DNA of 64,000 nucleotides from Dehalococcoidia bacterium (GCA_021157895.1 JAGGVQ010000017.1:96395-160394), one strand, 5' to 3'; counted from the first letter of the stretch, positions 37,521-47,952 are shown. The notes: generated by a model from the letters alone, not told the origin. Numbers and translations: made by a program.

Positions 37521-37557
37521 AACATCAAGAGGCCAATCGAATTGGCCTCTTGATGTT
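37521..37557. terminator. Perfect 17-bp hairpin, probable (bidirectional) intrinsic terminator downstream of hbd
   Basis: AACATCAAGAGGCCAAT cga ATTGGCCTCTTGATGTT. The plus-strand flank is GTTTT and the minus-strand flank is T-containing (ATATCATTTCCCTTT). It lies 30 nt after the hbd stop and separates hbd from tRNA-Val. Confidence 0.6.
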
Positions 37558-37586
37558 GTTTTACAGACAGATTTCACGACAGGGTG

Positions 37587-38444
37587 CTATTTCTGAGTGT
37601 AGTCATAAACGCCCTTGCCTGTTTTCCTCCCGAGGCGACCAGCCCTGACATATTGGACCATGAGGGGAGCGGGGCGGTATTTGTCTCCTAGCTCTTTGTT
37701 GAAATAGTTCATGACGTTGACTAGTATGTCGAGTCCTATCATGTCAGCCAGCGCCAGCGGCCCCATGGGATGATTCCAGCCGAAGTGCATTGCCTTGTCG
37801 ATATCTTCGGCACTGGCTATGCCTTCACCTAGGACAAAGAAGGCTTCGTTTATCATAGGCACGCCAATGCGGTTGCCGCAGAAGCCTGCGCTATCTTTAG
37901 CGACCACGGGTTCCTTTCCCATTGCCTTACCAACAGCAACTATGTTGTTGAGGGTTTCCTCAGAGGTATCAATACCCTTGATGATCTCTACCAGTTTCAT
38001 AAGGAAGGCAGGGTTCCAGAAATGCATGCCAATGACCTTATCCTGTCTTGAAGTGGCAGATGCTATCTCCGAGATGCTGAGGCCTGAGGTGTTGCTGGCT
38101 AAGATAGTGTCCTTGGGACATATCTCATCCAACTGCTTGAAGATATCCTTCTTCAAGTCCATAACTTCAGGAACTGACTCAATTACCAGGTCAGCATCTG
38201 CGACTGCTTCCTTGAGGGAAAGACTGGTATTGATTCGGGCGATGATGACATCCATATCGCTCTGAGACATTTTCCCTTTCTCTACGCTGCGTCCCAGATT
38301 CTTCTTAATAGTGTTTATGCCGCGGTCAAGGAATTTCTGGTCGATGTCATACATGGTCACCTTGAAGGTAGATTGAGCAGATACCTGAGTAATGCCGTTC
38401 CCCATGGTGCCCGCCCCCAGAACTGCAATTTTTTTGATTTCCAT
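37587..38444 (-). CDS. hbd: 3-hydroxybutyryl-CoA (3-hydroxyacyl-CoA) dehydrogenase
   Basis: 285 aa with the N-terminal Rossmann motif IAVLGAGTMGNGIT and a C-terminal 3HCDH domain. AAGGAGGG lies upstream of the ATG. Confidence 0.88.
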   Translation of the reverse strand: MEIKKIAVLGAGTMGNGITQVSAQSTFKVTMYDIDQKFLDRGINTIKKNLGRSVEKGKMSQSDMDVIIARINTSLSLKEAVADADLVIESVPEVMDLKKDIFKQLDEICPKDTILASNTSGLSISEIASATSRQDKVIGMHFWNPAFLMKLVEIIKGIDTSEETLNNIVAVGKAMGKEPVVAKDSAGFCGNRIGVPMINEAFFVLGEGIASAEDIDKAMHFGWNHPMGPLALADMIGLDILVNVMNYFNKELGDKYRPAPLMVQYVRAGRLGRKTGKGVYDYTQK

Positions 38445-38465
38445 AGCAAATCCCTCCTTTTTATT

Positions 38466-39644
38466 TTACAATGTTCGGGATATAACCAGCCTCTGTATTT
38501 CGTTGGAGCCTTCATATATCTGGAGGACCTTAGCATCTCTCATCTTTTTCTCTACAGGGTAATCCCGGCAATAACCGTAACCACCGAAGACCTGTACGGC
38601 ATTGGTTGTTACTGCCATGCCCACGTCAGTAGCGTAACATTTGCACATTGACGAGTATCTTACCTGCTCTGGTGTTAATCTTACGTTGATATCCTTGGAA
38701 AGCTCCTGTAACACGGAAGCAGCTTTGTACAGCAGCTGCCTTGCTGACTCGATCTGTATGGCCATATCTGCCAGCATAAATCCAATTCCCTCATGCTGGA
38801 TGATGGGTTTGCCAAACACAACTCTCTCCTTGGCGTATGCTACAGCTTCTTCAAATGCACCCTGAGCATTGCCTAATGCTTGGGCTGCGATGACGGGCCT
38901 GCTGAAATCCAGAGTTTTCATCATGATGGCAAATGCCTGGCCCTCTTTGCCAACCATGTCTTCAGCGGGAACGTGCAAGTCATTATATACTTGCTCTACA
39001 GTATCAGCAGTCCTGAGCCCCATCTTTATCTCGCGCTTACCCACGCTGTATCCCGGCACGAAGGAACCATCAGGATTTTTCATGCGAAAGGCAAAAACAG
39101 TGGCTTTCTGATGCTGTGGCTTCGCTGGATCAGTGACCGCATAGACAGTGGATACGTCAGCATAGGTGCCATTACTGATAAATATCTTGTTGCCATTGAT
39201 GAGATATTCATTGCCTTTCTTTTCAGCCCTGGTGGTAAAACCTGCGACATCAGAACCACCTGATGTCTCCGTAAGACCAAATGTACAGAGATCTTTTCCT
39301 GTGGAGATCCCAGGCAAGAATCTTTTCTTCACATCATCATTGGCGGCAATCAAGATAGGTAAAGCTCCTAGGGTATGACCGGCAGAAATATTACCAACGG
39401 TACCATCAACGCGAGATAACTCTTCGGTTGCAATGACCTCTGCTAACAGGCCAGCATCCTCACCACCATACTCTTTGGGGAACTCAATACTCAGGAGACC
39501 ATTATCTCTTAAGATGTCAATTAACTCTGGTCGCCACCTCTCCGCTTCATCAGCCTCGAATACTCCGGGCTTGATTTGTTCCTCCGCTATCTTCCTCACA
39601 GCAGCCCGCAACATATTCTGCTCTTCAGTTAACTCATATTGCAT
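38466..39644 (-). CDS. Acyl-CoA dehydrogenase (short/butyryl-chain type likely)
   Basis: 392 aa starting at the ATG at 39644 (MQYELTEEQNMLR), with AAGGAGGG 4 nt upstream. ACAD landmarks are present (GLTETSGGSD, C-terminal QIYEGSNEIQRLVI). The track ORF extends 21 codons further without SD support. Confidence 0.88.
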   Translation of the reverse strand: MQYELTEEQNMLRAAVRKIAEEQIKPGVFEADEAERWRPELIDILRDNGLLSIEFPKEYGGEDAGLLAEVIATEELSRVDGTVGNISAGHTLGALPILIAANDDVKKRFLPGISTGKDLCTFGLTETSGGSDVAGFTTRAEKKGNEYLINGNKIFISNGTYADVSTVYAVTDPAKPQHQKATVFAFRMKNPDGSFVPGYSVGKREIKMGLRTADTVEQVYNDLHVPAEDMVGKEGQAFAIMMKTLDFSRPVIAAQALGNAQGAFEEAVAYAKERVVFGKPIIQHEGIGFMLADMAIQIESARQLLYKAASVLQELSKDINVRLTPEQVRYSSMCKCYATDVGMAVTTNAVQVFGGYGYCRDYPVEKKMRDAKVLQIYEGSNEIQRLVISRTL

Positions 39645-39852
39645 ATTTCCCTCCTTACTTGTGATTACGACTAGCTCATTATATAACAAAAAGATTTTAG
39701 GATACAAGGGGAAACATGTATGTATTGACGAAAATGTGAATCATAACCATAAATATCTTTATTGTCCCTGCATTCTCGCTGCCATAGCAAGTATCACTAT
39801 ATTATGTTGTTGTTACGTAAATTCCTATGTTAAACTTCATTGTTCAAGTGAA

Positions 39853-40842
39853 ATGAAGCGTGTCTTTTCTGGTTTTAGACCTACCGGTAAGCAGCATATT
39901 GGTAACTACTTCGGTGCTATTCAAAATTGTGTCGCTTTGCAGGATGAATATGATTGCATTTACAGCGTGGTGGATATTCATGCGCTTACTACCATGGACA
40001 GCACTAGTAAGCTACAGGAGGATATTCACGAAATGGTCCTTGATTGGTTAGCCGCTGGTATCGATCCTCAGAAAAGTATTGTTTTCGTTCAATCTCATGT
40101 TCCCCAGATTACAGAGCTTAATACCTTGCTTGGCATGATAACTCCATTAGGCTGGTTATTACGCGTTCCCACTTTTAAGGAAAAGGTTAGAAAGCAGTCA
40201 CATAATGTTAATTATGGTTTGGTAGGATACCCTGTCCTGATGACGGCAGATATTGCCCTTTACAAAGGGGAATATGTGCCTGTAGGGGAGGATCAGCTTC
40301 CTCACCTGGAGTTAGCTCGGGAGATTGTGCGACGGTTTAATTCTATTTTTGGCTATGTTTTTCCTGAACCGCAGGCTAAGCTTACTTCGTTTCCCTTGAT
40401 TTTGGGTTCACAGGGACAAGAGAAGATGAGCAAAAGCTACGATAATTATCTTGAAATCGCAGCCTCTCCCGAGGAGATATCGAAGTGGGTGATGGCAGCA
40501 TTTACTGATCCGGCGCGACGTTTCCGCTCAGACCCAGGACATCCTGAGGTATGCAATATATTTCACCTCCACCAGATTTTTAGTCCTTCTCGCTCTGAGG
40601 AAATTGTTCAGGAATGTCGTAGTGCTAAAATCGGCTGTGTTGATTGCAAGAAGGTGTTGGCCCGTAACATAAGTCAGTTTTTTGAGCCATTTCGGGAGAG
40701 AAGGAATAATTTGGCATCCAGACCGGATTATGTTGCTGATGTTCTTGCTGATGGAGCTAGCAGGGCTGAGGCTATAGCCAAAGAGACCATGCGTGAAGTT
40801 GAACAAAAGATGGGACTCATGCTGCGTAAGTATCCAGAGTAG
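39853..40842 (+). CDS. trpS: Tryptophanyl-tRNA synthetase
   Basis: 329 aa starting at the ATG at 39853 (MKRVFSGFRPTGKQHIGNYFGA, a HIGH-type motif), with KMSKS present. The upstream 140 codons of the track ORF are antisense to acd and intergenic, so they were rejected. Confidence 0.9.
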   Translation: MKRVFSGFRPTGKQHIGNYFGAIQNCVALQDEYDCIYSVVDIHALTTMDSTSKLQEDIHEMVLDWLAAGIDPQKSIVFVQSHVPQITELNTLLGMITPLGWLLRVPTFKEKVRKQSHNVNYGLVGYPVLMTADIALYKGEYVPVGEDQLPHLELAREIVRRFNSIFGYVFPEPQAKLTSFPLILGSQGQEKMSKSYDNYLEIAASPEEISKWVMAAFTDPARRFRSDPGHPEVCNIFHLHQIFSPSRSEEIVQECRSAKIGCVDCKKVLARNISQFFEPFRERRNNLASRPDYVADVLADGASRAEAIAKETMREVEQKMGLMLRKYPE

Positions 40843-40850
40843 CTTTGTGA

Positions 40851-42041
40851 TTAGCTTTTTCTGTGTCTTCTTACGAACTTATCCATCCTCGTGATAGCTT
40901 CTTCGATATCGGATAAACTGGTAGCGTAGCAACAACGCAGGAATCCTTCGCCATGTTTTCCAAAGACAGAACCCGGAATTACAGCTACCTTCTCTTCTAT
41001 TAATAGTTTTTCCGCAAATTCCTCTGAGCTCATTCCGGTGATATCTATTCCGGGAAAAGCATAAAAGGCTCCTTGTGGTGTGGGGCAAGTTAACCCAATG
41101 TTATTAAGCCCTTTTGTTATGACACGGCGTCGTTTATCATATTCCTGTCGCATGTGCTCAATTTCGTCTTCCCCTGATTTCAGTGCTTCAATAGCTGCTA
41201 ATTGAGCCATAATGGGGGCGCAAAGCATGGTGTATTGGTGAACCTTGAGCATAGCCTCTATGATATCGCGGTTAGCTGCAACGTAGCCAATTCGCCATCC
41301 TGTCATGGCATAGGATTTGGAGAAGCCATTGAGCGAAATGGTTTGATCCTTGACTCCAGGCAAGCTGGCAAAACAAGTGTGATTGGAACCATAGGTTAGC
41401 CGGCTGTAAATTTCATCGGATATTACCAGCAGATTGTATTTGCGAGCTAACTCCGCAATTGCACTGAGTTCTTCTCGTGATAGAGTGGTTCCTGTAGGAT
41501 TTGAAGGATAACCAATAAGTATAGCCTTAGTTCTCTCGCTAATTTTGGTTTCTATATCATGTGCTGAAATAGCAAAGTTGCTTTTCTGGTAGGTAGGTAT
41601 TTCGATTGGTATGCCCCCAGCCATGACAATGTCGGGAATGTAGGCAACATAACATGGGTCGGGAACGATGACTTCGTCGCCAGGATCGATGATAGCTCGT
41701 AATGCTATGTCGAGCCCTTCGCTAACTCCGGTAGTGATGATAAGTTCTTGTTCGGGGTGATAGCTAACCCCGTATTGTCGCTCTAGATATAGTGCTAGCT
41801 CCTGGCGCAGCTCGAGAAGTCCATAATTTGAGGTATACATGGTGTAACCCTTTTCCAAGGAGTGAATGGCTGCTTCTCTAATGTGCCAAGGAGTAACGAA
41901 GTCGGGTTCGCCGATCCCTAGCGAGATTACGCCTTCAATGGAGGAGAGCAGGTCAAAAAATCTCCTGATTCCTGAAGGTGAAATAGCATTTACTTTTTGC
42001 GAGATAAAATTATTGTGAGTTCTAGCTGTAACTGATTCCAT
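40851..42041 (-). CDS. Class I/II PLP-dependent aminotransferase (aspartate/aromatic type)
   Basis: 396 aa with the PLP-lysine motif SFSKSYAMTGWRIGY and an NPTG segment. It is paired with an upstream Lrp/AsnC regulator. Confidence 0.85.
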   Translation of the reverse strand: MESVTARTHNNFISQKVNAISPSGIRRFFDLLSSIEGVISLGIGEPDFVTPWHIREAAIHSLEKGYTMYTSNYGLLELRQELALYLERQYGVSYHPEQELIITTGVSEGLDIALRAIIDPGDEVIVPDPCYVAYIPDIVMAGGIPIEIPTYQKSNFAISAHDIETKISERTKAILIGYPSNPTGTTLSREELSAIAELARKYNLLVISDEIYSRLTYGSNHTCFASLPGVKDQTISLNGFSKSYAMTGWRIGYVAANRDIIEAMLKVHQYTMLCAPIMAQLAAIEALKSGEDEIEHMRQEYDKRRRVITKGLNNIGLTCPTPQGAFYAFPGIDITGMSSEEFAEKLLIEEKVAVIPGSVFGKHGEGFLRCCYATSLSDIEEAITRMDKFVRRHRKS

Positions 42042-42063
42042 TTCAGTATACTATGTGAGCAGG

Positions 42064-42543
42064 CTAAGGTGTTATTGACAATCTGCTGATGTTTTTCGTC
42101 GGGTGGAGTATCTCTCCATCCTCCTTGTATCGCTTGAGAAGAAAGTGAGTGACAGTACTTTGCACCTGCTCCATGGGTGCTAATTTTTCAGAGACGAAGC
42201 TTGCTATCTCCTGCATGTTTTCTCCCTTAACTAAGAGGGCAAGGTCATATGTGCCTGAGACCAGATAAGCAGAATATACCTGGGGAAATTGATAAATGCG
42301 ATCTGCGATGGAATCAAATCCGACATTTCTCTGCGGTACCACCTTGACCTCAATTAAAGCCAGTGCTTCATTTCTTCCTGCTTTAGCCCAGTTAATGATG
42401 GTCTTATATTTTAATATAATTTTTTCTTGCTCAGCTTGCTTGATTGCCCTTTTAACTTCATTTACAGGTATATCAAGCATGACAGAAATTTGCTCAGGAG
42501 TGGTTTGAGAGGAATCTTGTAATATTTCTAGAATTCTTTTCAT
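42064..42543 (-). CDS. Lrp/AsnC-family transcriptional regulator
   Basis: 159 aa with an N-terminal wHTH (ILEILQDSSQTTPEQISVMLDIPVNEVKRAIKQ) and a C-terminal RAM/AsnC_trans_reg-like domain. Confidence 0.8.
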   Translation of the reverse strand: MKRILEILQDSSQTTPEQISVMLDIPVNEVKRAIKQAEQEKIILKYKTIINWAKAGRNEALALIEVKVVPQRNVGFDSIADRIYQFPQVYSAYLVSGTYDLALLVKGENMQEIASFVSEKLAPMEQVQSTVTHFLLKRYKEDGEILHPTKNISRLSITP

Positions 42544-42752
42544 TTCTTTGTCTACTCCGTCACCTCACAACTTTTATAGGTAATTATTATTAGCCTCATT
42601 GTAGCATAGCTTGGCTGAAATTCTACTTTTTGCTACAGCTTTGAATAATAAGTTTGTCCCTCTTACTAGCCTTATTCTCATGGAGCCGCGCTTGATGAAG
42701 GGGAGTTCTCATTGTGTATATAGGGTATTCAAATGAGATGCATCCGAGCTTG

Positions 42753-44225
42753 CTAAAGCGTAGCTTTTATCTGATGCCAATCAGTTGCCTGCTCGTACGC
42801 ATAGGCTATATGAAATATTGTTTCTTCGTTAAAGTGTTTGGAGATGATTTGCATTCCGACGGGTAAATTGTTAACAAACCCTGCAGGGATGGAGATCGCA
42901 GGCACTCCAGCGATATTTATGGGCAGTGTGCAAACATCGCTAAGGTACATTTGGATAGGGTCATCGGTTTTTTCGCCGAGCTTGAACGCAGTTGTTGGAG
43001 ATGTCGGGGTGATAAGAGCATCGTATTGCTGGAAAGCTTCATCAAATTCTTGCTTTATCAACGTTCGGACCTTCTGTGCCTTGAGATAATAGGCATCATA
43101 GTAGCCTGCTGACAGGGCATATGTTCCTAGCATTATACGTCGCTTGACTTCGGGGCCAAAACCGAATTGGCGTGTTTTCCGTGTCATGTCTATCACATTG
43201 TCTGCATTTTGTTCAGAGAAGCCATATTTCACTCCGTCATAGCGACTTAGGTTGGCCGAAGCCTCGGCGGGGGCGAGTATGTAGTAGGCGGCAAGGGCAT
43301 GTTTGGTGTGAGGTAAGGAAACCCCCCAATGTATCTCTGCGCCCAGTTGTTCCAATGTGTTTATGGCTGTCTCTAAAACTGTTTTTACTTCCTGGTTCAT
43401 TCCTTCTACGAAGTATTCCTGTGGTATTCCCAGTCTTAGTCCTTTTAATTTAGAAGTCAGGTAGGAGGTATAATCCGGCACGGGATATGGTACTGAGGTA
43501 GAATCTTTTGTGTCATATCCTGCAATGGTGTTTAATATTATTGCGGAGTCAGTGACATCCTTTGTTATTGGACCAATCTGGTCCAGTGAACTGGCGAAGG
43601 CTATTAGGCCATAGCGGCTTACCCTACCGTATGTTGGTTTTAGTCCGGTGACACCACAAAATCCTGCTGGTTGCCGTATGCTGCCTCCGGTATCAGAGCC
43701 AAGGGCATATGTCGCCTCATCGGCAGCTATAGCGGCGGTTGAACCTCCACTGCTGCCTCCAGGAACACAACTCAAATCCCAGGGGTTATGAGTAGGAAAG
43801 AAAGCAGAATTTTCGGTGGAGGACCCCATGGCAAATTCATCCATGTTTGTCTTTCCCAGCACCACTGCTTTCTGTGCTTTTAGCTTTTCTACAACTGTGG
43901 CGTCATATGGAGGGACAAAGTTTTGCAGTATTTTTGATGCACAGGTAGTCCGTATGCCTTTGGTACAGATAACATCTTTGATTAAGACAGGTATGCCTGT
44001 TAGAGGGTTGATATTTCCTGTCCTGATGAGGTTATCTGCTTCCTCTGCTTTTCTGAGAGCTGCATCTTTTGTGATTGTGATGCAGGCTCTGGTTTTTTGC
44101 TCTACATTGGCAATATGTTGTAGTACAGACTTTGTTAATTCAACTGAAGATATGTCTCTATGCTTCAATAGTTCGTGTGCATCGTGAATTGTCAACTGGT
44201 AAAGTTTGTTGCCTATTCTATTCAT
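42753..44225 (-). CDS. gatA: Glutamyl-tRNA(Gln) amidotransferase subunit A
   Basis: 490 aa with the amidase signature ([13 protein letters not shown]) and KD...TTCASK. It lies downstream of gatC, with an 89-nt gap. Confidence 0.92.
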   Translation of the reverse strand: MNRIGNKLYQLTIHDAHELLKHRDISSVELTKSVLQHIANVEQKTRACITITKDAALRKAEEADNLIRTGNINPLTGIPVLIKDVICTKGIRTTCASKILQNFVPPYDATVVEKLKAQKAVVLGKTNMDEFAMGSSTENSAFFPTHNPWDLSCVPGGSSGGSTAAIAADEATYALGSDTGGSIRQPAGFCGVTGLKPTYGRVSRYGLIAFASSLDQIGPITKDVTDSAIILNTIAGYDTKDSTSVPYPVPDYTSYLTSKLKGLRLGIPQEYFVEGMNQEVKTVLETAINTLEQLGAEIHWGVSLPHTKHALAAYYILAPAEASANLSRYDGVKYGFSEQNADNVIDMTRKTRQFGFGPEVKRRIMLGTYALSAGYYDAYYLKAQKVRTLIKQEFDEAFQQYDALITPTSPTTAFKLGEKTDDPIQMYLSDVCTLPINIAGVPAISIPAGFVNNLPVGMQIISKHFNEETIFHIAYAYEQATDWHQIKATL

Positions 44226-44314
44226 AATCTTTTCTTGGTCAAACCTGGAGGGGCAAAAAATAGATATAAATGCTCATCGGCACACTGGGGGTATTACTTA
44301 TCAGAAAAGTATAT

Positions 44315-44602
44315 CTACTCTAATATTGCTTGCACCTCAAAACAATCTTCTTTTTGTCTAGGCGCGTTAAGCAGCACATCCGTTTTACTGAGAGATTCAG
44401 AGGCCTTATCTTCTCGAAAAACATTTGATAGTGAGGCCGATTGTGTTGTAGGTAGCACACCTGAGGTGTCTAGCTGCTGGAGCACTTCAAAGTTTTTCAA
44501 AATATTGGAGAGTTGATAGCTAAATTTATCTACCTCTGACTCATCTAGGCCCAAACGAGCCAACCATGCTATATGTTTTACTTGTTTGTGACTAAGTTTC
44601 AT
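44315..44602 (-). CDS. gatC: Glutamyl-tRNA(Gln) amidotransferase subunit C
   Basis: 95 aa. VKHIAWLARLGLDESEV...L..IL..FE.L..LDT is typical of GatC. gatB is not in the window. Confidence 0.88.
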   Translation of the reverse strand: MKLSHKQVKHIAWLARLGLDESEVDKFSYQLSNILKNFEVLQQLDTSGVLPTTQSASLSNVFREDKASESLSKTDVLLNAPRQKEDCFEVQAILE

Positions 44603-44654
44603 TATGACAAATCGGTATGGTGATTATAGCATCTGGGTTTGGAATATGACAGTA

Positions 44655-44683
44655 TTGCTTCTGTCTTGGTGTGAGCTTATAAT
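44655..44683 (+). promoter_or_regulatory. Sigma70-like promoter upstream of the EF-G paralog (TTGCTT-N17-TATAAT)
   Basis: TTGCTT is at 44655..44660 and a perfect TATAAT at 44678..44683. This implies a leader of about 135 nt before the ATG at 44827. Confidence 0.45.
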
Positions 44684-44826
44684 GAAATGGCCTTTTTGTT
44701 GGTGAGATGCTGATTGTTGTAATTGAATTTTTAGTAATTTGGATATGACAAGTATGTGTGATAGCGCTTAATGCTATAGTTGTAGTGCTGTAATGGAGAA
44801 AATATAAGGCGAGAGGGTTTAGTGTA

Positions 44827-46914
44827 ATGATGAATGTCTATGATCCTGGGCATATTCGCAATGTTATTCTTATGTCGCATTATGGTGCTGGTAAGACAAC
44901 ACTTGCTGAGGCGATGTTGTTTACTTCTGGTGCCGTTAAGCGGTTTGGTAGGGTGGATGATGGGACTACTATTTCAGATTATGATCCAGGTGAAATAGAA
45001 CGGCACATGAGCATTAGCTTATCGTTGCTCCCTTATGAATGGTTGGATGACAAGATAAATCTTATTGATTCTCCTGGTTATGCTGATTTTGCTGGAGAAG
45101 TTTCAGCAGGTTTACGTGTGGTCGAGGGGGCCATAGTTATTGTTGATGCAGCATCTGGAGTGGAAGTGGGTACGGAGCAGGCATGGGCTTATGCTGAGGC
45201 GGATATGTTACCTAGATTACTGTTTGTTAATAAGATGGATCGCGATAACGCAGCCTTCTTCGATGTTATCGACCAGATTCAAAATAAGTTATCAACCAGG
45301 TGTTTCCCTGTTCAATTACCTGTAGGTTCACAGAAGGATTTTAAGGGCATTCTTGATCTGGTTACTATGAAAGCCTATGGTGATGTTTCCTCTCAGGAAA
45401 TAGAGGTTTCATCTTCACTTTTGGAGCAGGCTAAAGCGTATCGTGAGAAGTTAGTGGAAGCTGTTGTTGAGGCTGATGATGAACTCTTGGTCAAATATCT
45501 GGATGGGGAACAGTTAAGTAACGAGCAAATTTTTAGTGCCATGAGGCAAGCGAGTTTAGCAGGCACCTTTGTCCCCGTATTTGCTGGTTCAGCTCTGCGT
45601 GTTATTGGGATTTCTTCGTTGCTTGATGCTATAAATACATATTTGCCTTCTCCACAGGGAAAGATGGTCACAGTTACGACCTCGAGTGATGATAAAGAGG
45701 AGCTTAGGGTCGATCCCAAGGGGCCTCTGAGCTGTCTTGTTTTCAAGACTACCGCAGATCCGTTCGTGGGTAAACTTAATTGTTTTCGTGTTTATTCAGG
45801 AATAGTATCAAGTAATTCCCAAGTTTGGAATGCTAGAGAAGGTAGCATGGAACGTCTGGGGCAGCTTTTTACATTACGGGGAAAGGAACAGAAACCTGTG
45901 GAACGTTTGATAGCAGGAGATATCGGAGCTGTCGCTCGGTTAAATGTTACCGTCACAGGAGATACACTATGTGAGCCGGAGCACAGGGTAAGGCTCAGTG
46001 GCATCGATTTCCCTAATCCGAACTTCGGCATGGCCATTGAACCAGAGACGAAAGACGATCTGGATAAGATGAGCACTGCTTTGCCACGAATTTACGAAGA
46101 GGATCCATCCCTCCGCCTTCACCGTGATCCTGATACCAATGAGCTCATTGTTTATGGTATGGGTGATAACCACCTGGAGATGGTTAAAGAACGCTTACAT
46201 CGCAAGTTTGGTGTCGATGTAAACTTGAAGTTTCCTGCTATTCCATATAAGGAAACTATTACAGTGCCAACCAAGGCAGAATATAAGCATAAGAAACAGT
46301 CTGGTGGTCATGGTCAATATGGGCATGTTCTACTGGAGCTGAATCCATTGCCTCGTGGCACTGGGTTTGAGTTTGGGGTCAAGGTAGTTGGAGGTTCCGT
46401 GCCCAAGAATTATATCCCAGCTGTGGAGAAGGGAGTCAGGGAAGCCAAGCAACAGGGGGTTGTAGCTCGATACCCCGTAGTTGACATAAATGTAGTACTT
46501 TATGATGGTAGCTCACATCCTGTAGATTCTTCGGATATGGCCTTTAAGATTGCGGCATCTCAGGGGTTGAAGAAGGGGCTATCCCAGGGAAGGCCTGTGT
46601 TACTTGAACCAATAATGAACTTGACCATTACCGTGCCTGATAGATATACCGGGGATATCATTAGTGATCTGAATACTAGGAGGGGGAGGGTTCTTGGGAT
46701 GAAGCCTGCTGGTGATCATAATATCATTGAGGCCCAGGCGCCATATGCAGAGTTGTTGCAATATGCTATAAATTTGAGATCAATGACTCAGGGCAGGGGG
46801 AATTTTGTTATGGAGCAGGATCACTATGAGGAGGTCCCTACGCATCTCAGTGAGAAAATTGTACAAGCGAGAGCAAGTAAGCAGACAAAGGAAGCAGCTT
46901 ACCTGGAAAAGTAA
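44827..46914 (+). CDS. Elongation factor G paralog (EF-G-like GTPase with divergent switch regions)
   Basis: 695 aa with a five-domain EF-G layout (NKMDR, GSAL, domain IV KHKKQSGGHGQYGHV). G1 reads SHYGAGKTT, switch I ERHMSIS and switch II DSPGYADF. It is not in an rpsL-rpsG-fusA-tuf context. Confidence 0.85.
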   Translation: MMNVYDPGHIRNVILMSHYGAGKTTLAEAMLFTSGAVKRFGRVDDGTTISDYDPGEIERHMSISLSLLPYEWLDDKINLIDSPGYADFAGEVSAGLRVVEGAIVIVDAASGVEVGTEQAWAYAEADMLPRLLFVNKMDRDNAAFFDVIDQIQNKLSTRCFPVQLPVGSQKDFKGILDLVTMKAYGDVSSQEIEVSSSLLEQAKAYREKLVEAVVEADDELLVKYLDGEQLSNEQIFSAMRQASLAGTFVPVFAGSALRVIGISSLLDAINTYLPSPQGKMVTVTTSSDDKEELRVDPKGPLSCLVFKTTADPFVGKLNCFRVYSGIVSSNSQVWNAREGSMERLGQLFTLRGKEQKPVERLIAGDIGAVARLNVTVTGDTLCEPEHRVRLSGIDFPNPNFGMAIEPETKDDLDKMSTALPRIYEEDPSLRLHRDPDTNELIVYGMGDNHLEMVKERLHRKFGVDVNLKFPAIPYKETITVPTKAEYKHKKQSGGHGQYGHVLLELNPLPRGTGFEFGVKVVGGSVPKNYIPAVEKGVREAKQQGVVARYPVVDINVVLYDGSSHPVDSSDMAFKIAASQGLKKGLSQGRPVLLEPIMNLTITVPDRYTGDIISDLNTRRGRVLGMKPAGDHNIIEAQAPYAELLQYAINLRSMTQGRGNFVMEQDHYEEVPTHLSEKIVQARASKQTKEAAYLEK

Positions 46915-46947
46915 GCCGCTTTAAGTTTATTGTTTCGTTGCTTCTTA

Positions 46948-47952
46948 TTATTCTGCTAGCAATGACTTTAGCTTCTCAGTGAACGCAGGAAGAACCTCTT
47001 CATATTTACCAACAACGCCATAGTTGGCCAACTTGAAGATATTGGCCTCAGGATCCTTGTTAATCGCGACAACTGTTTTGGATCCAGTGCATCCTGCCAT
47101 GTGCTGGCTTGCTCCAGAAATCCCTATGGCGAAATAAATATCAGGGGCAACAATTCTGCCTGTAAGGCCAATATGCTTTGCTTCAGGGACCCAGCCATCA
47201 TCAGCTGGTGGACGTGAAGCGCCAATGGCAGCATTGGGGAACAAGTTAGCTAGATCTTGTAGGCTTGTTTTGAAAGGCTCGGCGCCACCAATACCACGAC
47301 CGCCAGCTACTATCACGGATGCATCCTCCAGCTTAACTCCTGTGGCCTCCTCTTTTACGGACTTCACTATTTTCGTTTTTATCATTGACTGATCTATCTC
47401 GACCTTCAGGGATGTGACCTCTCCTTTTCTAGAGGAATCCTGCTCTATAGGAGACATAGCCTTCGATCTGACGGCAACCAGGTGTGGTGTGAGTTCGGAA
47501 CTTAATTCAGCGAGAACATTACCTCCATATATCGGCCGGGTAGCAATAATAGCTTTCTTATCAGGGTCGAGTTTCAAATCAATACAGTCAGTTGTTAAAT
47601 TAACTCCTAATTTCGCTGCTAATCGGGGAGATAATCTGGTACCTAAATACGTTTGCCCCATTATTACTGCCCATGGGGAAATGTCAGCAATTAGTTTCTC
47701 TACAATCTGCAGATAAACATATATGCCACCGCTCTTTAGTGCTGGATCTTCTGCTGTGTATACTTTATCTGCTCCAAAAGCGATAGCTTCCTGTGGAGTT
47801 TGCTGTACTGATTCATTGGCAAGGAGACAGGATACATCTTGTTGCGACTCATCAGCAATTTTTCTGGCAATGCCCAGCATCTCTTTTGTTATATTCACCA
47901 GCTTACCTTCTGACAATTCCCCGATAACTAATATGCCTTTGCTATTATTCAT
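46948..47952 (-). CDS. etfA: Electron transfer flavoprotein alpha subunit
   Basis: 334 aa with the C-terminal FAD-binding signature region (VAGGRGIG...IGASRPPADDGW...QIGLTG-type, YFAIGISGASQHMAG). It lies downstream of etfB. Confidence 0.9.
   Translation of the reverse strand: MNNSKGILVIGELSEGKLVNITKEMLGIARKIADESQQDVSCLLANESVQQTPQEAIAFGADKVYTAEDPALKSGGIYVYLQIVEKLIADISPWAVIMGQTYLGTRLSPRLAAKLGVNLTTDCIDLKLDPDKKAIIATRPIYGGNVLAELSSELTPHLVAVRSKAMSPIEQDSSRKGEVTSLKVEIDQSMIKTKIVKSVKEEATGVKLEDASVIVAGGRGIGGAEPFKTSLQDLANLFPNAAIGASRPPADDGWVPEAKHIGLTGRIVAPDIYFAIGISGASQHMAGCTGSKTVVAINKDPEANIFKLANYGVVGKYEEVLPAFTEKLKSLLAE

Noticed and set aside
39433-39852. A 140-codon N-terminal extension of trpS in the ORF track.
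   Set aside because: The extension is antisense to the acd 5' end and crosses the AT-rich divergent intergenic region. TrpRS homology, including the HIGH-type motif, begins right at the ATG at 39853, which gives a canonical 329-aa enzyme.
39645-39852. Possible T-box or other riboswitch leaders upstream of trpS (208 nt), thrS (78 nt), glyA (92 nt) and prs.
   Set aside because: No T-box core (GGTGGTACCGCG-like) or specifier/antiterminator architecture is visible, and the spacers are too short for thrS and glyA. An Rfam scan would be the decisive test.
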